A stretch of 64,000 nucleotides of DNA from Ophelia neglecta. Lineage: Eukaryota. The position numbers and the translations under genes are program-made. Positions within the stretch are counted from its first letter, which is position 1. Each line of letters begins with the position of its first letter. The stretch covers positions 17,856,001-17,920,000 of the forward strand of contig OZ260667.1 in assembly GCA_965285935.1 (NCBI GenBank), written 5' to 3'. Below the pieces are notes generated by a model. The model was not told the origin of the DNA. It made no database searches and saw nothing but the letters and a program-made list of their open reading frames with translations. Below are positions 11,946-25,018 of the stretch, piece after piece.

Positions 11946-13660
11946 TTTTATTCATATTCTCACTGTAATGCAGTCGTAGAACTACCAGTAGAGCTAGGGA
12001 GCTATTTAAAGGCATTGCATGGGAATTGGTGTGATGCATGTATTGAATTAATTAGTTATTTTATTTCAGGCAAAAAATAATAAAAATAAAATCGGGAAAT
12101 TGGAAAAATTTCAATCCGCCCCTCTCTCCTCCCTTCCTGTCCCCTCCCCCCTCTCTCTCTGCTTCCGTCTCCATCTCCCCCCTCTCGCTCGTCTCATGTC
12201 TGCTCAGCTCCCTCCTGCTAGCGTCTGCTGGAATGAAACACATATCAATGTTAGTACAGTACGACGACAATTTCAGAATTCGACACACTTACCTCTGTCT
12301 AGGATCGAACCCCAGACTCTGGCGTGGCAGGCCCGCACTCTATCCACTCACCCACGTAGGCGCGCCTGAGTGAATAAAGTTGGAACTTTGTGCAATGATG
12401 TTAACCGGAAACTACTCTCCATAGTACCAACTTTACGGCAGGGTGGCAGCACGGGTTTTGCTTCACTACTCACAGTAAGTAGTATTAAGAAAACTACTTT
12501 TCGCTCGCCTGAGAGGATAGTGTTGGAATTTCTTTCATTTAACAGGAAACGCATCAACTGTAAGAAAAACTTTCCCGCAGGGTGGCAGTACGTTTGGTAT
12601 ACTACTCAAAAACAAGCAGTATTTAAAAACTACTTTCCGGTGAAAAAAACCTTGATTTCATGACGTGCAATTTAAAAATGAGCAGTTTTTATTTCGAACT
12701 GCACCATATAACATTATACAGGGGTTTTGGCAGCTGAAAGGATACCTTAGGCAGCTACATACTGAAGGATATCTGGCCTACCATAACATAAAGGAAATAG
12801 GTGGAAACCCCGAGTACAAACAAATAGAGAACACAACAATAGTCTGCAGAAATTTTACACACAAAATAATGCGGGTGACAGATGAAAATATGTAACATCT
12901 ATCAATCCGCATGATTCTATGCGTTTCTCCACTTTCTCCATGTATGACGATTCGTCCAAAATCCGCGTATGTCCAAATTACACCCGTTTTGTTCCGGGTC
13001 TAGCATGTGCTAGATTTACCTCCGCACACGTCGAATGTATATCGCTTTAGGATGTAAAAAAAGGTCCCAGAACTTCATTTTCGGCTTAGAACCAAGCTGT
13101 GCTTGTAAATAGTATGATGTGTTGTAGGCCTATATGTGAAATTGCCGCTCGTCTCGCTCGACTGATCTCCAGAGAAGTTGTCAGCTTGCTAGTACCCAAC
13201 ATCGTCCTAGTTTATGACATGACCACCAGGAAGAGTTTGACCTTGCATACAATTACAGGCGGCTTAAGGGGGACGAACGGACCAGGACCCCTTCCATTTC
13301 TATCGTGCGAGTTGCCCATGGAGCGCCACAGAGTGGTCCGAAGTACCACCCTCCGAAAGAGGGAAAAGAGTTGTCCGGTTTTAACGGACCCATGAGGAGG
13401 GCCTCTATGCTGTCTATCCTGTCCCCTATGCAGCCTCATGACTGCGAAGGAGGGGGGTGGGGGAGGCGTGGAATCTGATGATCGACCTGAAAAATAAATA
13501 AAAAAGAAACCATGTGAAAGGATCTAAACAAATTGAGGCAATTTAAAGATTTGGGTCTTGTCTTATTTAAAATACATCTGTCAAGGGCTACACACTCTCG
13601 GCTTAGTCAATCAAGGCCGATGAAGCACCTAAATCGTGATTCTAATCCAAATGTTTAGTT
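11849..13660. repeat. Copy 2 of the segmental duplication
   Basis: Offset 11849 relative to window start; see copy 1. Confidence 0.92.
12290..12361 (-). pseudogene. Second tRNA-Gly(GCC)-like pseudogene
   Basis: Differs from 441-512 at only about 2 positions; same anticodon loop and B box. Confidence 0.75.
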
Positions 13661-14619
13661 AGGCCTGCTGCCGAATTTTCGAGACCTGCAATAAAATGAA
13701 AGGGTGTCTCGCTACCCTAAAATCTTACGGTGGTAAGTGGGTTAGTGGGTACAGTCCTATTTTGAAGTGGTAATACCCCGTTGTAGTTTTGGCTGTGAGC
13801 TCTGAAATGACTTAAATCGAAATGAACTCGACACACTTGAGCGCGCTCACAGATACGCATGTCAAACCATTCAGGGTTTTCCCCCTAGGGCCAGAACTCG
13901 CCTGGCGTACGGAATGCTTGGTCGGCTTCACATCACCTTTTTTATTGACCACCGAAAATTGTTGTTTTTGGTTAGAATGTGCTGATTTAACGATAACATT
14001 TACTCAAGAAAGTTGATAAGTGTCAGAAAAAGAAGATGCTTTGGACGAATGCAAAAAAAAATATTCACTGTGGTTTTACATATGATTGTGTATGCTTGTT
14101 ACTCGAATTAAATTTATTATTAATTTGAAAAACTACATGGAAAGTAATCCGTGGCCGGTCAGAGACGTATGGATGTAAACAGTGTACGAAGCCATTATTA
14201 CCAAAGATAGGAATTAGAAGTTGACGAAAACCGACACCGACACTCGTTTTGTTACGACAAATAAAGCTTTAAAAATGGCATATACCCTTTTTCTCTCAGG
14301 AACATACAGTGGTCTGTTAAGACGGGGTTATTTTTACATTTAAAGTATTAGCAACATTTTACTCATATTATAATAGAGTGTCTGAATTGACAGGGGGCCT
14401 GAATATATAGACAGTCTTTAAAGCAGGTTTTTACTGTATAGTATTCTTTTGATCTGCAAATTTTTCAGTCATATATAATCACTGACGCGTGCTAAGTTAC
14501 AAGTTTTTTAACTCTTTTTCTCTACAAAAGAGACGTTTATTTAAAGTTTCCTTCCCAAAATCCTGTGGAATTCGCTGATAAACTAATGATGCCAGATGGA
14601 ATAAGTTTTGATATTTTTA

Positions 14620-15150
14620 TAGTTTGTACTATAGTACTCCCATACGGCGGAATGTTATTGTTCTTATATGAAACACGGGATTCTTATTTATACACGGAAA
14701 GGATGAGACACTTTATATTCTCTATGTTGATTAATCCGAATAATTAAAAATGGCTATCACCCTGGTGACATATCTTAGTTAACTTGAATCAATATCAAAT
14801 TAAGGATTATAAGCAATGTACAGATTTAAACGTCAACAGAAGTAAGTCATTCGCAACAGCAATTCCTAAGGGCATAAACTATGGTTAAAGGCATAGTAAT
14901 AATAGGCCTTGAGGTTACTTACCTATGAAATAAACTCCTCCAGATATGCACGTATTGAATTCCGCCAATAAATATCACGGGAAATTGTGGATTTATCCAT
15001 ATCTTAATACCAACATCCGAATACAAACAGTTTGAACTCAGGTGTACGCGTTGTATAGAAGTTCAAGGTCACGCAGTCTATAAACAAACGAGGCTTGGAC
15101 AATGGTCAACCCCGTTTTAAGCTCTTTCCTTTTATTCTGAGGAAGGGGGT
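14620..15150. repeat. Dispersed repeat block, copy c
   Basis: Matches 3520-4060 and 7300-7890. Confidence 0.85.
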
Positions 15151-17388
15151 TATGTTTATGTTTTCTTTGATGGTTGCACGATATATCTCTGTAAACAATG
15201 AATTAAGTTTTCACTATTTTTTCGTCTTCAGGATTTTGGTTTTATGTTCATTGTACAAGAGCAATCTATATACTGGTGTGGTCAGGTTTTCCGCAAGAAA
15301 ATTAATCATGCCTTGCGACTTACATTCATTAAAGGCTACATGGCTCTTGGGCACAACTGCTCATAATAACTTTTTAGGCTTGCTTTAGATAGTTACGTTA
15401 TTAACAGAAAATATAAGCACCGTTATATGCAAATTTTTATTATCCTTTTTCTTTTGATGACATTGGCTTGTGCGAGGTAGGCGGCCAGGTTGTTTGTGTC
15501 CTACAGTTTCTGGCCTTGAACAGCTCCTGTAACTGGGCGCCACTGGGGGCCAGGCTATAATAGGGATAGATAAATATATATAACGTAAATGATCAAATTG
15601 GGGAGATACGAGAACATCACGTAATTCATCGTCAATATCACCACAAATTTCACATAGGTCCTGTTCTTGCAATTCTGCGCCTCTCCACATATTAGTTTAA
15701 CTACCCAAACAGCTATTTCTCTGCCTGATTTTGGTTATGTTTTTAATGCCAGGCTCCTTCCCTATACGGTATGTTAATACACAGGTAACTGTAAGAAGAT
15801 AGATGACTAGTGACAAAGATAAATGTGAGGAAAAGATTCAGCTGGGTCACTAACTCGGGAAAGTAGGCCCAATTTGATATGTTGTCAGACAACGACAGAA
15901 AGTTGTGAGAAGGAGGTTCAAGCTGCAACTGCTGTTAAAAATACCATTACGCAGAGAGTAAAATATCCAGCAATGAACAATACCGTAGATAAGTATAAGA
16001 CGACAAGGCTCCAATATTTTCACACTTTATTACTAAATTTAAGTCACCCCAACCCCTTTTTTAATCATTATTAGGTGGGGGTGGGTTTTTTTAGGCGGGT
16101 TCTTCCCGATTCGCAGATTGAAACTGTTGAGACATGTCCCTGCTCTTAATTTTAAACCTCTAAATACCAGATGCAGCTGAGATGTCAAATGTGTGGGGCC
16201 TCTGTCCCCATCAAAAACCTGAAGTCCCCGCACTCCCTGTCGTTAACTTCAGGGGAATCGTCTTCCAGACAACATAACAGAGGAAGGCCTCGGCTTTCTC
16301 AAAGTCAAAACAAACACCCTGGAACCACGATCCAGCCGGCCAATCCATGGTAGTGGCACTGGAGGTCAAAGTCTAGCTTGAATATAAAATATTCAAATAA
16401 TGATATGAATTGGGCAAATGGTACATCATGCATAGTCTTTTTGCCCGCCAGTTTTTTCGAAGAAAAAAGAGCTTGAAATATATTAGGGTTGGAGCTTGTG
16501 CGGTTCTCCCGCTGCCACCTCCGGCGGATAAATTTATTTCGACTGTAATTAAGCGAAGCATCGACGCACCAAAACAATTTGACCATTTTTTTGCAGTGCT
16601 TGGGGCAATACTTAGCACGAAATTATTACTGCTATTACCGAAATTACGAAATGTATTTTCCCCGCCCCCTGTTACACGTTTCAGCAAAAGGTATTTAAGG
16701 TACAACACCGAAATTGACAGAAAAGTAAAGCCTAAGTATGGCCGTTCACTGACTAAATGTTAAGTGAAATCTGAAGATATCAAGTTAAATGGCAATGGAT
16801 ATAAAAAATGATATACTTTTTTAAGCTGTCCAACTTCTTTAAAATGGAGCTTAATTATGAATACATACTTATCTTACATGTAATAAATGTGGTAGAATGT
16901 AAACACATTCACTGTGGTTTTTAGAGATTGCCATTTTGAATTTCATGTTTTTGGATGTCTTCCCCTTATGATGGGTACACTTAAAGTTCAAGCACCACAA
17001 TTTAGTGGTTTAAATTTTTTACCAGACTTCTGCCATTTTCAAAGGACTAGGGCATTTTCCCCAAGCGACACATGTGTACCTCATAGCCACATGGCCATTA
17101 TATTGTATGTAACTCATAAAGCCCAGTTTGTTTATTATTATGTTAAAAAACATCCCGTTATTTGAGTCTAACTGTTTCTCGAGAAAATAATCTTTTGCAA
17201 CTAATAATAGGTTCATAACTGTTTATTCTGCAGCCCTGGAGAAACTTCCTAAAGTCTGACGAGCAGGGTCGAGCAAGACTGGCTTTTGCAGCATATATAT
17301 GGGGTTGGTTTGCCCCACAATAGGGATCCTACTTTGAAACCAGGCCAGAGAGACAGCACTTCAACTGTTCACCTAGGAATTATTCACC

Positions 17389-17540
17389 CCCAAGCTGTTG
17401 GAAGAAGCCATACGGTTGGAGACTTTAGGTGATAGAGGTTGCCTGTTTCGAGCTGTCAGCAGAATTTTGTGCGGAGTGGAGGAGTTCCATTAAGTATTGA
17501 GTCTTCTGAAAGCACTGGCCACCTACCAAGTTTACTTCAA
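17389..17540 (+). pseudogene. OTU-like (vertnin-type) cysteine protease fragment, disrupted
   Basis: Manual translation PKLLEEAIRLETLGDRGCLFRAVSRILCGVEEFH*VLSLL matches the OTU catalytic motif GDGNCLFRAxS..L.G.E..H..LR. In-frame TAA at 17491. Confidence 0.7.
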
Positions 17541-17599
17541 AAAATCAATAGTCTATTGCTATTACCTCGTATACAAGGTTTTAAGCTATCACTAGTATA

Positions 17600-19170
17600 T
17601 ACAGACATTCACTAGTTACAAATACAATAGGACCAGCAGGTCTTAAAAAGGGTGTTTACAATAATAATAATGTTTACGACTTTATGTTGCACTCTTTCGA
17701 ATAAATAACATACAATTCGACCCACAGATCTTAAACGGAAAGTTCATTCTGATAATTGAATGCTTTCATGTAACACACTTTCAAATGATAATGGCTTTAA
17801 AATGACCTTTGATCACTTTAGCAATATAATTGTTTGTAGCACACATTCAAAATGAGCTTAATTAGTATTAATAAAGGTGTCTGACAGTGTCTCTATAGTT
17901 TCGTTCATTAGTCCCTTTAGTAAATAATATTGTTCTTTTTGAGCGCATTACACTTTTTCAGCTATATGACCAAGTTGTTTAATACGACCGAATCTCTCGT
18001 CAGGAACAACGATGTCAGTTTCTCAGGATCCGATGATTCCCCGAAATAACGAGCAATAAATTTCTCTCTCAAATCCTTGAGCAGCGGACATACGAGTTCA
18101 TAGTGGAATTGGCTCACCGCACACTCCTCATTGTCCCTTCGTATTGTGACTGCCCTTCCGCCTCTGAGTTTCTGCCCCAATGTAATTATTTCAATTATTT
18201 TGTTATTTCAATGCCATTTGAGAGGTAAGATAGGTGCCAGTCACCTTCACCAATAACAATTTCTGGGACCAAGTGTCTGTGAAAAAGTTGCTCTGGAAGA
18301 AAGACAACAAGCAACCCGCCAACATGATGTCTATAGTCCCCGCCTCCTTAAAAAAAGTCATAAAAAAACAAAAACCAGTCTTGAAAAGTATGTCCCTAAC
18401 CTCCAGGCACCATGACCTTGTGGTACAACGACGCAAGGTTAAGTACGTTTGTGACGAGAGTTTGGAGCGACCTTTCGGATCTACGAGTGAAGACCAAAAC
18501 CCAAAGTTCTAGATTGAGTTTAAACTGGAGAGGGGAAAACCTAGCTCCAATAAGAGCATGTTTGTGGAAGTGCATCTTTTCAAATGCAAATTTCTCTTAA
18601 GGAAAGTGATCTGGTATCTATCTACGTCTTCACAGTTAGTGTGACGCCATAGTTCCGCGCCGTAGAGTAATACTGGTTCGACAAAGGGTTCAAACAGCCT
18701 GTATTTTTCAGCGATTGGCAGTCTCAAATAATGGAACCGTTTCTCTAGGATGAAAAGTGCTTTACGAGCTTTACGACCTTTCCTTGGTTTTTCTCCAGGT
18801 GCAATTTAATGAAAGTATGAGGCCAAGGTAGATGAAGGATTGCAAATTCTCTAAATCGGTGCAATCGAAATAGAATGGTTGTCTACATGGGTTACCAGAC
18901 CCAAAAACTTAAACTGTTGTCTTATTATGATTAATTACCATTGAGCGCTTATCGCAATAAGAACAAAGTGAGTATAGGCACCTGTGCAATTCACATCGGC
19001 TCTCTGATACAATGACACTATCGTCGGCGTAGAGAAGGAGGATTATACCTAGCGTATCCCGGTTAACTCCTTCACCGGTCACGTCGGCGCGCAGTGCCTC
19101 CTCCAGGTCATTCAGGAGAAAGGCAAATTGAAAAGGGAAGCCGACTCTCCTTGTCTTACACCAAGCAAGC
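17600..19170 (-). mobile_element. 5'-truncated, decayed non-LTR retrotransposon ORF2 (RTE-X/Proto2-like)
   Basis: LLLYADDSVIVSES (YADD at ~19020-19031), followed in order by PVLLYGAELW, LLLELGFP and C-terminal FHYELVCPLLKDLREKFI. Multiple frameshifts. Clade assignment is by motif recall and the 3' boundary is approximate. Confidence 0.9.
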
Positions 19171-20544
19171 ATGTAAATTCCTAGTCCACCTAGTCTCTCT
19201 CTACCGGTGCAAAAAGGCAGAGGACACCGATATCACTGATCCTGATCAATGGCCAATATTGTAGGTATATATGTTAACTGATAAAGACAACCTCATTAAC
19301 AACTGCTTCAAATGTGAACAAGAGTATAGGAAAAGCTAACTTAAAATGAATAATTTGATACGTTTGTCGGTAAAATCCTAACAGCTGTATCATGAACCAT
19401 GCCAAGCAAGCATATCAGGCATAAGTTGGTAAGATGTACTTAGATAAGGCCCTGTTGTGGACTAGACATCGTATTTAATGAATAATTGTAACCTAATGTT
19501 ATTTCTCTGGAAAAGGCATCTTGCGCTCCTTAAAGGAAGTAAGAGTCAGCTCTCCAGGTCTACAACAACATACCCCTCGGATAGAGAATCGGTTAAAATG
19601 TCAGAAATAAGCACATTTTTATTACATGTACAGTAAGAAAGAAACATTGTATCGCATCAAGACGACAGGCGAATTTTTAAATTAGAAATGTAGTCAGTGT
19701 TTTCCGCTAAGAGTCCAATTGACAAGTTAGTGAATGCATGCTTTTAGAATTCAGCGGAGGATTCAAATAACTAGCTTCTTATTCCACCGGATTTTGTGGA
19801 AAACATGAAGTCCATATTCATTCTGGAGCTTTGATTGTGTGTTTATAAAATATTGATAAAACATTGGCCTTTCATATTCTATTTAATATATTATTGTTTT
19901 ACTTTGGCCATTCAATAGCGATCTATGCTGATCTTAGAGTGGTCTCCCTGACCATACTTTAATTTTTTTAGTATCACATTTTTACTGAAAATGATCTTTA
20001 AAATAAAATAATGCCTTCATGCATGTAAAGCCTAACCAAATCCACCTTAACATCTTATGTGTGTAAGAAGTATTGGGAAATACACTATTTGTAACTTTGA
20101 ATTCGAACTTGTCTGAGCCTGGGCGAAAAAGATCGAGAGAAAAAAGAAAACAAGCAATGGTAAAATTTAGAAGTACGTTGCCAAAAAAAGCAAACTCGCA
20201 TTCGATATGCTTGCTACAGAAGAACCCTCTCGAAAAGGAGACAAAAATTGGTTATTTTATTTGGCGCACATTTATTTAATTTCGTGCAGAGCATGACCAA
20301 ACTTGGCCTAAAATGGAAATGGAGCCCTTAAGTGACTTATTGACTCGTTTTGCTTGTAAAAGCTCTTGAAAGATTATTTTGTGGCACATATAATATGAGT
20401 TCGAGTGTTTAATCAATTGTGTGGTTTGACCAATGAACATGAAATCTTTAGAAAAATCTCCAATATTATTTAAAGAATGCTTCATTTCTGTATTCTCAGT
20501 GTTCGTGAGGCTATATTCTCCGTGTTGGTAAGGCTATTCATATT

Positions 20545-21820
20545 TAAATGTGACCACCCAGAAATCCCGTATTTGGTAGAATTGTTCAAAATTTTGTTTA
20601 GCAGTGAATACTATCCCTCCCAGTGGACTGAGGGCAATATAATACCACTCCAAAAAAGGCAATAAAAATGATGTAGCAAATTAGGGGCTTACACTTTTAA
20701 GTGTCTTAGGGAAACTATTTAGGCCTACACGAATCTTAAATAACAGATTAGTGTTTGGGCAGAAACACATGCAGTTTATATTGAAGGTCAGGCGGGGTTT
20801 AGAAAGGGATATAGCACCGTTGACAATATGTTTGTTTTGAAAAGATTAATTGAGCATTTTGTGAATAATTAGTGTAAATTGTATTGTGTTTTTATCGAAT
20901 TTCGAAAGGCCTTTGACTATGTAAATAGGGATGTATTGTGGTTTAAATTAATCAATCTTGGAATCAACGGTCATATGCTCAATATTATCGGAAGTATGAG
21001 TGCTAGTGGCAAGTCACACGAACAGGGTATGAATGGTAAAGTTTTGAATGTGCGTTAGGTGTAAGGCGGGGAGAAAGTTTAAGTCCGTTTTTATTTATAA
21101 TGTATCTAAAGCACATCAAGAGTGAATTAGAAAATACAGACAACACTGTTATATCCGTGAATATGTTGAAACTGTTTATTTTGCTTTTTGCCGGCGACGC
21201 AGTTCTTGTTGCTGATTCGACTGGAAAATTACAAAAGGGTTTAAATGTTTTGGAACAATATTGTAATACCTGGAAATAAGTATTGAATGTAGATAAAAGT
21301 ACGATTGTCGTGTTCCGTAAAGGAGGATGGCTTAGGAGAAATGAACATTGGACTAACAGGGGAGAGGATTTAACAATGGTTATCTTGGCATTGTGTATTC
21401 CTCAACCGAGTCATGAAATATCGCGCAAAAAACACTAGCGAACCAGGACAAAAAAATACGTTTTTACGTTCTTCTCATATACATTAAAATTTGTTAACCT
21501 TAAACCAGACAATTTATGCAGCCTCTTTGACAGGTTGATTTTTCCCATACTTTCTGATTCCTGTGCGGCGGGGGGTTTTCACGAGGAAGCGGACATAGAG
21601 CGGGAACATTGGGCTTTCTGTTAAAAGACATTACGTTTTAAAAGTTCAACAAAGAACGAGTTTGCCTACGGTGAACGTGCAAGAATCCTGATTTTGTCAA
21701 GGTATATACGGATCAAAATATTCTGGTTTGCTATTGCTTAAATTTAAAGAACTCATGTGGTGTTAAAACATATGTTTTAAGGGATGAAACCAAGGGGACT
21801 ACATTGGCGACCGAAGTGAA
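20545..21820 (+). mobile_element. Decayed non-LTR retrotransposon RT region (RTE-X/Proto2-like)
   Basis: YPSQWTEGNIIP, GQAGFRKGYSTVDNMF, FIEFRKAFD, GVRRGESLSPFLF, LLFAGD (degenerate YADD, ~21181) and YLGI occur in canonical order, with stops and frameshifts. Confidence 0.92.
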
Positions 21821-21821
21821 T

Positions 21822-22612
21822 GTTATTAAGGCTGTTAAGGTGTATTCTCAATGTTATTTAGACTGCATTCTCAATGCGAGTAAGCTGTAAAGCGAATGTC
21901 CGCAGTTTGACTTTGACAAATTCATAAATATTTATTACAGGACGATTAGGACGGAAGTTGTATTATACTGGAGCTATTTTTGTCGGAGGGCTTTAAAGCC
22001 TTGAACGGCTTGGCAACCTACCTAAGGAAGGCTGAGGACATTTGGAGTGAAACGTACAATTTATTTCAGACAAAACATACAAATAATGTTCATAATATTG
22101 CCAACACCTTACTAATGTAATTATCATAAGAATGACGGTTGTATACCCACAACGCGTCCTCGATTGCTACTTCTGCTCTGTTATAATGTGTAATGCTAAA
22201 TCATATTGTGTTTGTATTTTCTTTACTTCTTCGTACTGTAACTTTAACTTTGACATTAATATCGTCATGTCTCCATGTAGTTAGTATTGTTATGTTACGG
22301 ACAATTTGTATGAGAGTTAATTTTGAACGATTGGAAATGAGCATTGTACATAGCTTGTATATCAGCGGACTCAACTGCTCAATTAAATATTTTGATTTGA
22401 TTTGATTTGTATTCTCAATGTTAGTATTGCTGTGTTTTCAACTCTAGTAAGGCCGTAATTTTAATGTTAGTAAGGCTGTTCTCCCAAACTTAGTAAGGCT
22501 GTATTCTCAACGTTAGTAAGGTTGTATTCATAATGTTAGTGAAGCTGTATTCTCTATGTCAGTAAGGTTGTATTCTCAATGTAAGTAAGGCTGCATCATA
22601 AATGTTAGTAAT
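21822..22612. repeat. 23-bp minisatellite (TAGTAAGGCTGTATTCTCAATGT) interrupted by the LINE 3' fragment
   Basis: Units visible at ~21822-21885 and ~22410-22612. Confidence 0.85.
21885..22409 (+). mobile_element. LINE 3'-end fragment with (TTTGA)n tail
   Basis: ECPQF..KFINIYY and ELFLSEGFKALNGLATYLRKAE resemble an RTE-X ORF2 C-terminus. An AT-rich UTR ends in aattaaatattttgatttgatttgatttg. Confidence 0.7.
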
Positions 22613-24321
22613 GCTCCAGTGATAAAGTTTTTGGAAGTTCCCCAGTTTTGTGGTCAACGGAACATATGGCAAAATCATTGCCATCGGTAGTTTTGGACCC
22701 AAATGAAAAAATTCTCTGTAAGGTCTGTATTGTTTTTGGAGCTTTCCTTGGTGAGTTAATAATAGCGATGGGTGGAACCCCAACGTCGTGGTTGCAAAGT
22801 TAGCCCCGAGACGAGCGGTGCAATTGACATGAAAATAACAGGAATTATGCCCTTATGATTAAATGTGTCCCAACATCGCAACAATGTTAGTCTTTTTAAA
22901 TGAAATAAATTTAATTTTATTCTGGTAAAAAGTGAACACTTTGCTAGTCCCTGTCTTTCAGACCATACCAAGTCAATTGAGGAAATAACTCAGGTTTGTG
23001 AGGATTTAGTAGAATTTCTTGAAACGATGGTCCATCTAACCCGCCTTTAGCCAAAATTTCTAGCATGTAAAAGGCTTTGACGGAAGCAGATAGAATTAGC
23101 ATACTTCTCGCTCGGAATTCCAGATAAAATCTCTGTAAATTGTGCCTGTTGCCCCAGTTTTGTATCTTAAGATTGGAGCACAGGTCAATTTTTTTGTGAG
23201 TTTAGTGGTTATAGAAAATATATGCAAAAATTACTTTTCATAAAAAATAACTGCGAATTATTCACTATATATAGAGTGAAAACAAACATCGTTAAAGACT
23301 TCCACATATTTGGAGGAAGAGGGAATTCAGCGGAGAGGTTGGGGTAGGGATGAGCGAAAAGAAATGTCATCCTCTAATATTCTCCATATACAGAGGATAT
23401 AAACGAACAGCGCGCATTTTATAATTCGGCTACGGAAGTAGGCTTATTATGCGAAAAATGGAACCAAACAAATAAATAAGTTCGCGCATCGTGTATTTCC
23501 TATTCTTTTGCACGGAAAAAGTTTACTGCGAGAAATTAAGGGATATGCGAAATAGCCCTTCATCATGGCACGAATCGGGTAACCGAAATAGACTAGAAAT
23601 CAATAAATAATATTTAATTGTTGCGTCAAACTACATTGAAATTGACTTGAAAAATATTGTGTCTCGCAATTAAAATGTCTGACATCCATGAATTTACATT
23701 GAAGCTTTCGTTATGTTAAAGATAAGTAGTAGATTTTGACGTAATTTCTGACCTTTAAAAGTTTGATTTTACTCAAAGCAATTTATCTTAAGCTTTGTAG
23801 TTTGTAAACTGTTTTTTTCTGGAGAATAAAAAAAAATTTCACTGGCCGCTTGAATCAAAATATTTACAGAAATTTATTGTGTGGTTAATAACTTGCCGTT
23901 TGATTAAACTGAATTATACACAGCAATGGTCCAGTTCTGATCCAGCCAATCGGAATGAACAACACCGATAGCTGAAACCTAAACCGTCCCATCGCCGACT
24001 TCAAGGCGACCACGAGCTGCATGGACTATAGGAGAGAGCACACTCCTAACTGTTACTGTTATTATAATAATCTTTATTTATTATGAAACAAGCTTTATCC
24101 GTAAAATTATCTTTATCATAATTATTAAGATTCACTACTATGCAGCTCGAGGAAATTTGGAAGACGTTCAAATTAATTTTCATCAAATCACTTGGCTATT
24201 TTACCGCCACATCGCCTAAAGAATGTGCCCGTTAATATAAAGAGAAAGAGACCTTACTACACACCTAGTGTACCTAGATCCTCTTCGGGGTCACTCTGCT
24301 ATTGGATGGTGCTTTAAGTTC

Positions 24322-24860
24322 CAGGTAACCCTGGAAACTCTGGTACCCATGGTAACGTGATTCCCGTCTGGTTCTGGTAACCCTGGTAACGTCCCTCCCG
24401 GCAGTCTCTAGTAACCCTGGTTGTTGTTGTTGTTGTTGTTGTTTGGGGTTTTACGTGGCTTTCAACACTTATCGGTCATATAGCCACGGTGCCTACTTGT
24501 GACAGTGGGCCCAATGCCCTCTTTAGAGTGCTGCCTCACTGGAGTACCTGCCGTAGACACCAGACAGGGAACCCCACCCAGTCACATTATACTGACACCG
24601 GGTTGACCAGTCCTGATACTACCCCCGAAATGCCAGGCGCCTGGCAGGGGAGTTATCAGTACCTATTTTTACGTCTTGGGTTTGACGCGAAGGAGATTCG
24701 AACCCCGTTGTACCACTTGCGAGGCGGACACCCTTACCACTCGGCAACGCTTTGGTGGTTGGTGACCCTGGTAACGTCCTTCTTGTCCAGTTTTGGTGAC
24801 CATGGTAACATCCTTCCCGTCAGGTTCTGGTAACCACGGTAACGTCCTTCCCGTCAGTCC
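24322..24860. repeat. 34-bp minisatellite split by a SINE
   Basis: gt(a/g)acc units at 24377, 24411 and then 24762, 24796, 24830, with a 34-bp period. Confidence 0.85.
24421..24760 (-). mobile_element. Full-length tRNA-derived SINE, probably MetaSINE/MESC-core type, with (AAC)n tail
   Basis: On the minus strand: A box TTGCCGAGTGG, B box GGTTCGAATCT, core CCCGGTGTCAGTATAATGTGACTGGGTGGGG, 3' GTTGAAAGCCACGTAAAACCCCAAAC(AAC)n. Flanks gtaaccctgg / gtgaccctgg form a possible TSD. Confidence 0.88.
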
Positions 24861-25018
24861 GTGGAGTGTGGTTATATGTGTGTCTGGGTAGAACCTGTAT
24901 TTACCTCTTACCTTATTATACAAACCTGAACCACATCCACCAGCCATGAAAATTAGAACGGGGTAGTTTGTTAGATTATAATCACCTTTTAGTTATCAGC
25001 TGAAGTCCTAGGTCTTCT

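Noticed and set aside
24489-24833. 114-aa ORF
   Set aside because: It is the antisense of the SINE plus minisatellite.
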